From: an uncultured Lentisphaerales bacterium
GTDB lineage: Bacteria; Verrucomicrobiota; Lentisphaeria; JABSQK01; UBA12247
Reading direction: 5' to 3'
Assembly (NCBI GenBank): GCA_943788985.1
Contig: CALSSJ010000013.1
Span: 21,521 to 85,520, forward strand
DNA length: 64,000 nucleotides
Shown: piece after piece, positions 49,235 through 58,478 of the stretch
Layout of the letters: every line of letters begins with the position of its first letter
How positions within the stretch are numbered: the stretch's first letter is position 1
Program-made: the position numbers and the translations under genes
The notes under the pieces: generated by a model
Database searches by the model: none
What the model saw: the letters and a program-made list of their open reading frames with translations, nothing else
What the model was told of the DNA's origin: nothing

Positions 49235-50203
49235 ATGAGACACGATATGGGCAACTTGGACGAACGCCAGTCCGGTATTTTGAAGGCCATGGGCGAGGAA
49301 ACGCGTTTGCGCATCCTCCGCCTCCTCCAGAAAGAGACACTGAACGTTAACGAACTGTGTGACATTCTAGACATGGCGCAACCAAAGGTAAGTCGGCATT
49401 TATCGATCCTGCGCAACGTCAAGTTAGTCAAGGATCAGCGCGAGGGAAGTAGAGTCTACTACAGCCTCTCGCCAATGGATGGCGAGATGAAGTGGATTGG
49501 GCGCTACATTCAAAATTTGGCCACAGGCAATCATCCTGATTTTGCCAGATTAAAGGCGGTGCTTGACCAGCGTGTTCGCCAGAGTGAAGAGTTTGCCCGC
49601 GAGAAATCCCATGTCTGGGATCGCGTTGGCGGTCAGATCCACAGTTCGACTGCCGCACTGCTGGCGTTGGCCTCTCTCGCGCCGCGAGGAATCACCATTG
49701 CTGATCTGGGCACAGGAACAGGCCTGATGCTTCCTGTACTATCCACGTTTGCAGAGAAGGTCTATGCCGTAGACCACTCCCCCGAGATGCTGGAGTATGC
49801 TAAGCAGCGGGCCCAACACACGGAGTTGACCAATGTCGAGTTTGTAAATTGCGATTTGGAGGATGTAGACCGCAGACTCCCGACACGCTGCGATTGCGCA
49901 TTTCTCCACTTCGTCATGCACCAAGCCGCGCGTCCACCTGCTATTTTGGAGAAAGCGGCCGATATACTCAAGCCTGGTGGCCGCCTCGTGGTCGTCGACT
50001 ATCTACCGCATCAGGATGACTCCGTGCGGGCAAAGTATGGCTCGCTCTGGCTGGGATTTGACCAAGAACGTGTCGAACGCTGGCTGGAAGATGCTGGCCT
50101 ACAGCGCGAGACCTTTCAGATCCTGAAGAAGACCGGGCACGAAGAGCGCAAGAAAGACTCTCGAACGATCTTTATTGCCTGTGCCGTCCGCCCGACTTCC
50201 TGA
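49235..50203 (+). CDS. ArsR-family regulator fused to a SAM-binding methyltransferase-like domain (SahR-like)
   Basis: ETRLRILRLL..QPKVSRHLSILR HTH; IADLGTGTG, VDHSPEML, LKPGGRL. Confidence 0.9.
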   Translation: MRHDMGNLDERQSGILKAMGEETRLRILRLLQKETLNVNELCDILDMAQPKVSRHLSILRNVKLVKDQREGSRVYYSLSPMDGEMKWIGRYIQNLATGNHPDFARLKAVLDQRVRQSEEFAREKSHVWDRVGGQIHSSTAALLALASLAPRGITIADLGTGTGLMLPVLSTFAEKVYAVDHSPEMLEYAKQRAQHTELTNVEFVNCDLEDVDRRLPTRCDCAFLHFVMHQAARPPAILEKAADILKPGGRLVVVDYLPHQDDSVRAKYGSLWLGFDQERVERWLEDAGLQRETFQILKKTGHEERKKDSRTIFIACAVRPTS

Positions 50204-50212
50204 CCCACCAGA

Positions 50213-50836
50213 CTAGAGCACCGAGAGTCTGCCGCTTAAGAAGGCTGCCTGCTGGGCCGCCAACTCTGGGGAGAAGTGGACGCCGTCCCGAAAGCTCTCG
50301 TCGTTCAAATCCAAGGCTGCTGAGAATGTGAACAGATCCGCGGTTGGCACTGCGTGCAGTGCCGCTGCGGCATCCGCAATTTCATTGTAGGCATCGACAT
50401 CTGCTTCGACCCGGTCGAAGGGGAACTGACTGCGGTGCCGCACCTCGTCCACAGGCGTTGTGCGCACCCAAAGGACACGGTCGGCTAGGCGCTTGGCCAA
50501 CGGAAAAATCTTCTCCAGATTCGCCTGATAGTGTCGCAGCGAAACCTGATTCTTTCCGCTCTCGCGGTCACATTTCAAGTCATGCAGCCCGCAGTTTAGT
50601 GCTAGGATGCTTGCTGAGAAGTCTCCGGTCTCATGCAAAGCTTGCAAATATTGCAGAAGACGAAAACTGTCGCCACCGTTCGGTCCGGCTGGGTGGCCTG
50701 CATCGTGCAAGGCTGCTTCCATCCCGGTCTTGCGAGCATAGCGAATCGTGGGAGCAATCATTTGCTCCAAATACGTCCCATAGCCGATCGAGATGCTGTC
50801 GCCGACCACAAAGAGAAGCGGTTTATTAGTGGTCAT
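50213..50836 (-). CDS. SGNH/GDSL hydrolase family protein
   Basis: GDSIS, NCGLHD, DGVHF. Confidence 0.88.
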   Translation of the reverse strand: MTTNKPLLFVVGDSISIGYGTYLEQMIAPTIRYARKTGMEAALHDAGHPAGPNGGDSFRLLQYLQALHETGDFSASILALNCGLHDLKCDRESGKNQVSLRHYQANLEKIFPLAKRLADRVLWVRTTPVDEVRHRSQFPFDRVEADVDAYNEIADAAAALHAVPTADLFTFSAALDLNDESFRDGVHFSPELAAQQAAFLSGRLSVL

Positions 50837-50918
50837 TGCGGGTCCTGATTGTCGCTGAATAAAAGCTGGGTAAGGTACACGACTACCTCCAACAAAGCGA
50901 GTTACGAACAACTGCTAT

Positions 50919-52889
50919 ATGCCTAGAAGAGAAAAACGAGCCAGCAGAAAGGACGCAGCCTTGACGCCGCACCGGACATCACTCGTAGCGCTCTGTTGCC
51001 TTTTCGCCCTGACGGTTTTGGTTTACGGCAGTATTTGGCAGGCAGAGTTTGTCAGCTTCGATGACCCACAACTGATACTCGAGAACCCGCAGTTACGGGA
51101 TCTTTCTCCAGCTGGTCTCGTTGCCATCTTCACGCCGCGTCCCGGCGCATCGTATCAGCCGTTGCGTGTCCTTAGCTACGGGATCGACTGGAAACTCTTC
51201 GGCACATCGGCAACTGGCTACCACGCGCATAACCTCCTTCTTCATCTGCTGGCAGCGTGCTGTTTCTTCTTGTTTCTGCAGCAGTTGCTCGCGGATCGTG
51301 ACCGGGAAATGCGGGTGACTATCGGACTCTTCGCGACCGCCCTGTTTCTCCTGCACCCGGTCCAGGTGGAATCCGTCGCCTGGGCTTCCTCTCGGAAATA
51401 TGGCCTGCTCGTCGTTTGCGTCCTCGGCTCCTGCTACTGCCTGCTGCGCTGGGTTCGGAGCAAACACTGGCCGTGGTATGTAGCGTCACTTGCATTGGCC
51501 ATCGCGTCCGCGGGTGCCAGCCCGTTCGGGACCACGATGGTCGCTGTGGTCTGGGCAATACTTGCCATGCAGCCTGGTCTATCATGGCGCAAGACATTCT
51601 TGGGCGCCCTCCCCTTCTCGATCTGTATGGTCGCTGCTCTGCCCCTGTTCATGACATCCGAAGCCACAGCGGCAGATCAGGACCTGTCGGTGATCAAAGG
51701 GAGCAGTGTAACGAATTGCGGGCTGGGGCTACGTACCTTTGCCATGCTTGGGACCTACGTGCGAAGCCTGGGGATGCCGGCCTGGCTGAATGCGCGCTAT
51801 GTTGATGTGGTCCAGATCTCGTGGACATTCCCCTTGCTCTGGCTGGGCGCAGTCGCGGCCTGCGGACTTATAGCGCTCACCATCGTCTGCTGGCGAAAGG
51901 GGGAGCGCCTTCCGGCTTTCTGCCTCTTCTGGATCACCGCCACTGGCGCGCCTGTTTCGGGGCTGGTGCCAATCTCTACCCTGGTCGCTGATCGCTACGT
52001 CTATCTTCCTGGAGTCGGTGTCTGGCTCCTGGTCGGTTATGGCTTGGCGCGGGCGGTAAGGCCGCCAACCAGCCGGCTCATCGTCCTAGCTCTCCTAGCC
52101 TGTATCCTGGCAGTGCCGACTCGTAGTCGAACGCAGGTCTGGCAGAACAGTATCGCCCTCTGGGAAGACTGCGTGCGTAAGGATGCCCGCAATCACCGCG
52201 CCCATTCCAGCCTGGCTACGGAGTACGGCAGCATCGGCAGAACAGAGCTGGCACTGGAGCATTTCCAAAAAGCGATCCAACTCAATGACCACGATGCGTT
52301 CTCCTACTACAACCTTGGACTGTTGCTGGCCCAATTGGGAAGAGATGCAGAGGCACAGCTGCAATTCTCACATGCCCTCAAGCTCAAGCCCAACCACTCT
52401 GACGTGCTGAATAACCTCGGCGTGACTCACCTGCGCCTGGGCCAGCTGGACCAAGCCAGGCAGCTCTTCCTGCGTGCCACAGAACAGGAGGCCCAACTCG
52501 CCCTGCCCCACATCCACCTTGGCGGAATCCTCGCCACCAAGGGTGACTTCACCGGCGCAGCTGCCCACTACCAAACTGCGCTCTCGCTCGAACCCGGATC
52601 ACTCAAGGCACTTGATGGCGTTGCCCGGCTCGCCCAGACGCAAGGGAACCATGAAGATGCCATCGAGCCGTTGCGCAGCATTCTACGAGAACGCCCGAAC
52701 CATGCGCCAGCTCACAACTCGCTAGGGAACGTACTCATGCAACTTGGCCGCTACCGCGAAGCGGCCGAGTGTTACCAAGCTGCGGCCACGCTCCGGCCCG
52801 ATCTTGCCGGGCTGCGCCAGAACCTGGAGAAAGCCCGGGCCATGGCAGAATCGCCAGGACCCGACACGAATATCCAATTGCCAAATTAA
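50919..52889 (+). CDS. TMTC-like GT-C membrane protein with C-terminal TPR array
   Basis: FVSFDD, YQPL, YHAHNLLLH, HPVQVESVAW, ADRYVYLP, WQNSIALW followed by about 7 TPRs. Confidence 0.88.
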   Translation: MPRREKRASRKDAALTPHRTSLVALCCLFALTVLVYGSIWQAEFVSFDDPQLILENPQLRDLSPAGLVAIFTPRPGASYQPLRVLSYGIDWKLFGTSATGYHAHNLLLHLLAACCFFLFLQQLLADRDREMRVTIGLFATALFLLHPVQVESVAWASSRKYGLLVVCVLGSCYCLLRWVRSKHWPWYVASLALAIASAGASPFGTTMVAVVWAILAMQPGLSWRKTFLGALPFSICMVAALPLFMTSEATAADQDLSVIKGSSVTNCGLGLRTFAMLGTYVRSLGMPAWLNARYVDVVQISWTFPLLWLGAVAACGLIALTIVCWRKGERLPAFCLFWITATGAPVSGLVPISTLVADRYVYLPGVGVWLLVGYGLARAVRPPTSRLIVLALLACILAVPTRSRTQVWQNSIALWEDCVRKDARNHRAHSSLATEYGSIGRTELALEHFQKAIQLNDHDAFSYYNLGLLLAQLGRDAEAQLQFSHALKLKPNHSDVLNNLGVTHLRLGQLDQARQLFLRATEQEAQLALPHIHLGGILATKGDFTGAAAHYQTALSLEPGSLKALDGVARLAQTQGNHEDAIEPLRSILRERPNHAPAHNSLGNVLMQLGRYREAAECYQAAATLRPDLAGLRQNLEKARAMAESPGPDTNIQLPN

Positions 52890-53000
52890 AAAGATCAAGA
52901 CTGTGGCGCACGCACTCCACAGCAACCCACGTTTTCCATTCGCAAGTTCCGGAATACGTAACCGACCGTCTTAATTTGATGCTTGGACATTCAGTCTTGA

Positions 53001-54434
53001 TCAGACTGGGAGATCCGTAGGTTGCCGCCCAGCAGGTAGGACCACGTGAAAGATGGCCCCCCCACCATCCCCGTTTGACTCCACGTAGATTCGCCCATTA
53101 TGCCGGTCCACGATTCGGCGGCAGACAGCCAGGCCAATTCCCGTTCCATCATAGTCTTCAGCCGCATGCAAGCGTTGGAACACGGCAAAAATTCGAGTCG
53201 CGTGCGCATCGGCAATGCCAATGCCGTTGTCCCGGACTTGGATATCCCAGTCGTCACCGCAGGCCGTCGCCGTGATGTGTACGCGGGGCTTACGCTCATC
53301 ACGAAACTTGATGCCGTTGCCGATCAAGTTCTGGAACAACTGGACAAGCTGCGTTCGATCTCCATAAATCTCCGGCAACTCGCCAGTCGTCACCTCTGCG
53401 CCAGCCTCCGCGATCGCCGTCTGCAAATTCGCGACGGCATGGTCGATCACCTCAGCGCACTTCAACTGGCGGCAGGCGTGTGTTGCCGTCGAAAGTTTTG
53501 AATATTCAAGCAAGTCTCGAATCAGCGTCTGCATGCGCGCAGCGCCGTCCACCGCAAAGTGTAGGTATTCGCGGCAGCGGTCATCAAGCTGATCGCTGGC
53601 GCGACGCTCCAACAATTGCAGGAAGCTCTTAATCGTCCGCGTCGGCTCGCTAAGGTCATGGCTCGCGATCGACGCATATTCCTCCAACTCCCGGTTCGAC
53701 TGCTTCAACGCCCGGTGCGACGTCTGCAGTCGCGAAGTCATTTCGTCAAAGCTCGCAGCCAGCTCGCCGAACTCGTCTGGGCTGACCATATCCACCCTGT
53801 GATCCAAGTCGCCATCGGCAACCACCCGCATGCCACGATGTAGCGCTTCCAACCGAATCACCACCGTGTTTCTCAGCCACAGCGCGCTCCAGGCAATCAC
53901 GCCCACCAGCGCCGCCACGGACAGCAACATCAGCATAATGAAACGCCGCGTTACCTGCAGTTGACGGCGACTCTCGATCGTGGATAGCGTAAGCGCATTC
54001 CGCACTAGGTTCTCGCTGTCAGTCAGGAAGTAAATGACTAATGTCCTGCGTTCAAATTCCTGACCGCGACTCTGCTCACTAAAGACCCCCAGCGCCATCA
54101 GTTCATCAAACAAGATCGACAGTTGATTCAGAGCCTCGACTGCGTTATCCAGCACCTGCTGTTCATAGCGACTCCTGGGGCCGTAGCTTTTTAGCAGCCG
54201 CTCCAGATCGCCTGATGTCTGCGTCCATGTTTCCCGCGAGACAATCTGCGAACGCGAGTACTCGTAGACGATATTATTGAGCGCGAAGACCGCGTTTACG
54301 ATCTTGTTTGTCGTCTGATTCGCAACCGCCTCGCGGCGTAGCTGGCGCAGGGTGACAATCCCAGCGACCAGTGAAAGAGAAATTGCCACGAGAACAGGGA
54401 CTAGATAGAACTTGTAGCGATCGCGGATTCGCAT
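53001..54434 (-). CDS. Membrane sensor histidine kinase (HAMP-HisKA-HATPase)
   Basis: Two TMs, DEFGELA HAMP, ASHDLSEP H-box, QNLIGNGIK, DNGIGI, GTGIGL. Confidence 0.93.
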   Translation of the reverse strand: MRIRDRYKFYLVPVLVAISLSLVAGIVTLRQLRREAVANQTTNKIVNAVFALNNIVYEYSRSQIVSRETWTQTSGDLERLLKSYGPRSRYEQQVLDNAVEALNQLSILFDELMALGVFSEQSRGQEFERRTLVIYFLTDSENLVRNALTLSTIESRRQLQVTRRFIMLMLLSVAALVGVIAWSALWLRNTVVIRLEALHRGMRVVADGDLDHRVDMVSPDEFGELAASFDEMTSRLQTSHRALKQSNRELEEYASIASHDLSEPTRTIKSFLQLLERRASDQLDDRCREYLHFAVDGAARMQTLIRDLLEYSKLSTATHACRQLKCAEVIDHAVANLQTAIAEAGAEVTTGELPEIYGDRTQLVQLFQNLIGNGIKFRDERKPRVHITATACGDDWDIQVRDNGIGIADAHATRIFAVFQRLHAAEDYDGTGIGLAVCRRIVDRHNGRIYVESNGDGGGAIFHVVLPAGRQPTDLPV

Positions 54435-54437
54435 GAT

Positions 54438-55214
54438 TTAGCTTGGATAATTCATGCTATTGCTGCAGCGACTGCGACACCCTGCGTGCCACGGGCCCTC
54501 GAGGTCCTCAGGGGTGTCGACTCCCTGGACCGATTGCTCAGCCACCAGCACGCGAATGCGCGCGCCGTGCTCCAGCGCACGTAGCTGCTCCAGCTTCTCA
54601 CAACGCTCCAGCGCCGTCGGTGCCCAGCTTACAAACCGCTTCAGAAATTCCCGACGATAGGCGTAGATCCCCCAATGATGTAGCGGTGCCACTTGGGCAT
54701 CGCCATCACGACAGAATGGGATCGCGGCCCTGCTAAAATAGAGGGCCTGCTGCTCCTGCCCAAGCACGACTTTCACTGCGTTCGCATCCGCTGGATCTGC
54801 ACCAGAGATTGAAAACGGCACTGCCGCTGTAGCCATGTCCGTGTTTGTATCTGTTGCCACCAGCGCGACCAAACGGTCGATCACCGCAGGCGGAATCAAC
54901 GGCTCATCTCCTTGGACGTTCACCACCACATCCACGCCTCGGGCAAGTGCGACCTCTGCGATTCTATCGGTGCCAGTCTCATGATCCGCACGGGTCATGA
55001 TCACCTCCCCGCCAAATGCCTGCACAGCCTTGATAATCCTGGCATCGTCCGTTGCCACCACCACGTCATTGACGCCGCTCGCAGCGGCTGCCTCATAGGT
55101 CCACTGAATCAATGGCCTTCCACAGAGATCAGCAAGCGGCTTGCCCGGAAACCTAGTACTGGCAAACCGGGCAGGAATGACCGCCAGTGTGCGGAGTTCG
55201 CAGCTGCTTCCCAT
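54438..55214 (-). CDS. kdsB: 3-deoxy-manno-octulosonate cytidylyltransferase (CMP-Kdo synthetase)
   Basis: IPARFASTRFPGKPL, GTDR, NVQGDEP, ALYFSRA, HWGIYAYR, EKLEQLRALE, VDTPEDL. Confidence 0.93.
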   Translation of the reverse strand: MGSSCELRTLAVIPARFASTRFPGKPLADLCGRPLIQWTYEAAAASGVNDVVVATDDARIIKAVQAFGGEVIMTRADHETGTDRIAEVALARGVDVVVNVQGDEPLIPPAVIDRLVALVATDTNTDMATAAVPFSISGADPADANAVKVVLGQEQQALYFSRAAIPFCRDGDAQVAPLHHWGIYAYRREFLKRFVSWAPTALERCEKLEQLRALEHGARIRVLVAEQSVQGVDTPEDLEGPWHAGCRSRCSNSMNYPS

Positions 55215-55216
55215 AA

Positions 55217-57161
55217 TCAGGGCTGCAGATGCTGCATCAGGTTCTTATGCACTCGCAGTAGCTCCGAGACGCTCCAAGCCTGCGTAATGCAGCCGTTAGG
55301 ATGTTGCGGTGCGGTCGCGTCGAAAATCTCAGAAATGCCACCAATCCCTGCCTGCCGCACGTGTTCGTCCCACAATGGCCGGAGGTAGTCCATCAGTTCT
55401 GCCGCGCGATGCTCCGGATCCCTAGAGAGCGCCAGTTCGGCATCCACGTAGGCACCGATTAGCCATGGCCAGACAGTCCCCTGGTGATACGCAGAGTCGC
55501 GCTGGTCCGAATCGCCCGAGTAACGCGCGCAAAAACCGGGATCCTTGGGCGCCAATGTTCGCAGTCCGAACGGCGTGAGCAGGTTGTCGCGCACGGCGCG
55601 CAACGCGCGTTCCCCCAGCTCGTCTGGGAAAGCGCGATAGGGCAATGCCAGCGCGAAAACCTGATTAGGCCGCAGCAGGCCGTTCTGGCCGTGCTCGTTT
55701 ACGACATCGGCAAAGTGCCCGGCACTTTCCATCCAAAACGTGCGGACGAATCGACCTTGCAGCTGTTCGCGCACTTCGCCCATCCGTGGGTCGGCCGCGG
55801 GATGCCCACTCTGGGCCAGCTCATCGCGGAAGCAAAGGGCATTGAACCAAAGTGCATTCAGCTCGATCGCAAATCCGTGGCGCGGCGTAACCGGGCGCCC
55901 GTAGGCGTTCGCGTCCATCCACGTCAATTGTGTGTCCACCGAGCCCGCCCAAATGGCGCCGCTCTCCAAATGAGCATACGGAACTAGGTCGTCGAGGTAG
56001 GCTTTAATGATGCTGCTCAATGCCCGCACGAGCGTAGCTGGCACCTGTGCTGGGCCGACGACCTGTGCATAGAGCTGAAGCGCCCGTGTGAACCATAGCG
56101 ATGCGTCAATGGAATTGTACGAATGGCTGTCGTTGCTGGTAGCAGCCAGGTAGTTCGGGATCAGCCCATCCTTCTCATGCAAGGCGTACGTCTCGAGAAT
56201 CTCACGAGCCAGCTCTGGCAAATCGCGCGCCAAGGTGAGGCCCGGAAGGGCAATCATCGCATCACGGCCCCATTCGCCAAACCAGTGATAGCCAGCAATA
56301 ATCGAACGTTCGTTCCGACCGTTGGTGACAATAAAATCATCGGCCTTGGCTGCAAGGAGTTCGATCGGATTCCCATTCACCCGATGGTTCGGGGAGGCGA
56401 GCGCCCAGGCAGCAGCTGGCGTATCCTTGGGGTTTTCAATCGTGAACCGGACCACGTTTGCATCACTGGCGGTCTGCCGCCAGCTAAACGTCCCGGGCGT
56501 AGGCAGGTCTTCGTGATGGTCGAAGCCGCGGTCGCGTTCCCAGCCGTATTCGTTGTTGTAGTACCACGCCGCGCCTTCCTGGAAATCCAGCGGAATTGCC
56601 GCATCGATCAGCATCCGCGGCAACCCAGGATAGGGACTCAGCGTCGCGCGGCCCCTCGCTTAGCTGCACACTAAGGTCGATGGTGTCATTGCGCTTGGTC
56701 AGGCAATGCATCGAGCGATACCCCGTGAACGGCCGCATTGAAAAGGAAACCTGCTGCGAGCCTCGCACCGCAAAACGTACTAGCGTTGTTGCCTGGTCTC
56801 GCGGCATCAAAAATGATTGCGTGATCTCGACCGGTCCGCAAGAATGGGTAATGGAAGGCACCGGGTCACACTCCACCGTTTTGATCAGAGCATGCCCACG
56901 GGGCGCAATCGCACCGGGATAGCACGCTGTGCCCAATTCATAGACTTGGCCATCGACAGTGGCTGTGACCTCAAGGCGGTTCAGAAATACGAGCTTGCCA
57001 GCATCTGGCAGCGCAGCCACCAACAAGCCGTGATACTTCCGCGTGTTGCAACCAGCCACTGTGGTCGACGCATAGCCGCCACGTCCGTTCGTCAGAATCC
57101 ACTCCTGAGAGAATAGCGCACTTTCGCGTTCATTTTCTTGGGTAGGAACAGTCAGAATCAT
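55217..57161 (-). CDS. Glycogen debranching enzyme (amylo-alpha-1,6-glucosidase), split by one frameshift near 56650
   Basis: EWILTNGRGGYAS, RKYHGLL, AGYHWFGEWGRD, GLIPN, DASLW, LTWMD, LRPNQ, YHQGTVWPW, QAWS. Confidence 0.88.
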
Positions 57162-57336
57162 GAGTCAAACCTTGCTTCAAGCATACGTTCAATAAGGGGG
57201 CAGTCTGCTGAACTCACAGCCGGCGCAAAAATTGCCACCAGTTGCGCAGCCACAGCAATTACGGCAGGCGTCCATCAGGCCGCCTGATTAACTACGGTTG
57301 GCGCAATCTATCGGAAGCGTACCGGAGCGCAAGACG

Positions 57337-58435
57337 CTACTCGCAGCGCTGTAACAGTTCATCTATGTCTACGTTCTCCCGGCACAACTGCTGGGAGAGC
57401 TTAATTTTTGCCTTGTCGGTCACTTGTATCTTCACCAACAAGTCGTGAACCTGCGAGGCTGTCTGAAAGGTATCTAGTTTGGTCATCAGCACGGGGACGT
57501 TCGATTTCCTTACCACCTGCGTCACGAAACGGCCGGGCTTGTGGTCACCCGTCACGACCAGGCACGAGATCCGCTTCTGCCGGTTCGCATCCGCCAAGTT
57601 CCAACTCAACGCAGCCAAGATGATGTCCTCGCGGTCTCCAGGCGTGATCACCAGAGTTTTGCGTTTGATGTGTGACAGGAAGTGCGCCACCGACATAGCA
57701 CCCACAATCGCGTTCTCCGCATAGTCCTGGGCATGATCCTCGCCGGCTAGGTATTCGGCCTTCAGAACATCCTTCACCTGGGTGATTGATGGCGCACCCA
57801 ACGCTGGGCGAAACGGCAACACGCCTAGCAGCGGCAGCCCAATACGATCCAGCCCACGCCGTACGTAATCCGATACCTCATCGTACTTGTCTTGGAATAC
57901 CTTATTCAGGATGACACCCACCACCGGGACACCCACCGCGTCAAACAGCGCCTTATTCAGATTCAACTGGTCAATCGCGCGCCCAATTCCCCCGTCTGTC
58001 ACCAGCACGACCTTGCTGCCCAGCATGCGCGCGACATCCGCATTCGAGGTCTCAAACACAGAGCCCACACCCGCGTGCCCGGTTCCCTCGATCAGGACAA
58101 AATCTCGGTCCGCCTCAATTCGCTCATACGCTTCCGTGATTTCCCGATGAATGCGGTTGCTGTCGCCGCCGTCGATATGCTCACGCGTGAACCCACTGGG
58201 GACCGACACCGGATTCATATCCTGCAACTCACACCCCGGCTTGTAGGTCTGATGAATCAGCCACGAGTCCTCATCGATCATCGAGCCTTGGCGCCGCACA
58301 TAGCGCTGGGCCGACAGGCTTTATAAAGCCCACATGGAAGTCTCGCGACCGTAGCCGATCGAACAAGCCTAGGCAATTGGTCGTCTTTCCTACGTTCTGG
58401 CCAGTCGCAGCCACAAACACGTTCTTAGCTCGCAT
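57337..58435 (-). CDS. BioD-like AAA/DRTGG domain protein (phosphotransacetylase N-terminal-like), split by a +1 insertion at 58308-58310
   Basis: FVAATGQNVGKTT, FIKPVG then QRYV in the shifted frame, IEGTGHAGVG, ITPGDREDI. Confidence 0.85.
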
Positions 58436-58478
58436 ACCCTTATTTCCTCTTCGCTGTGTTCTGGCCCGCCTGGGACTC

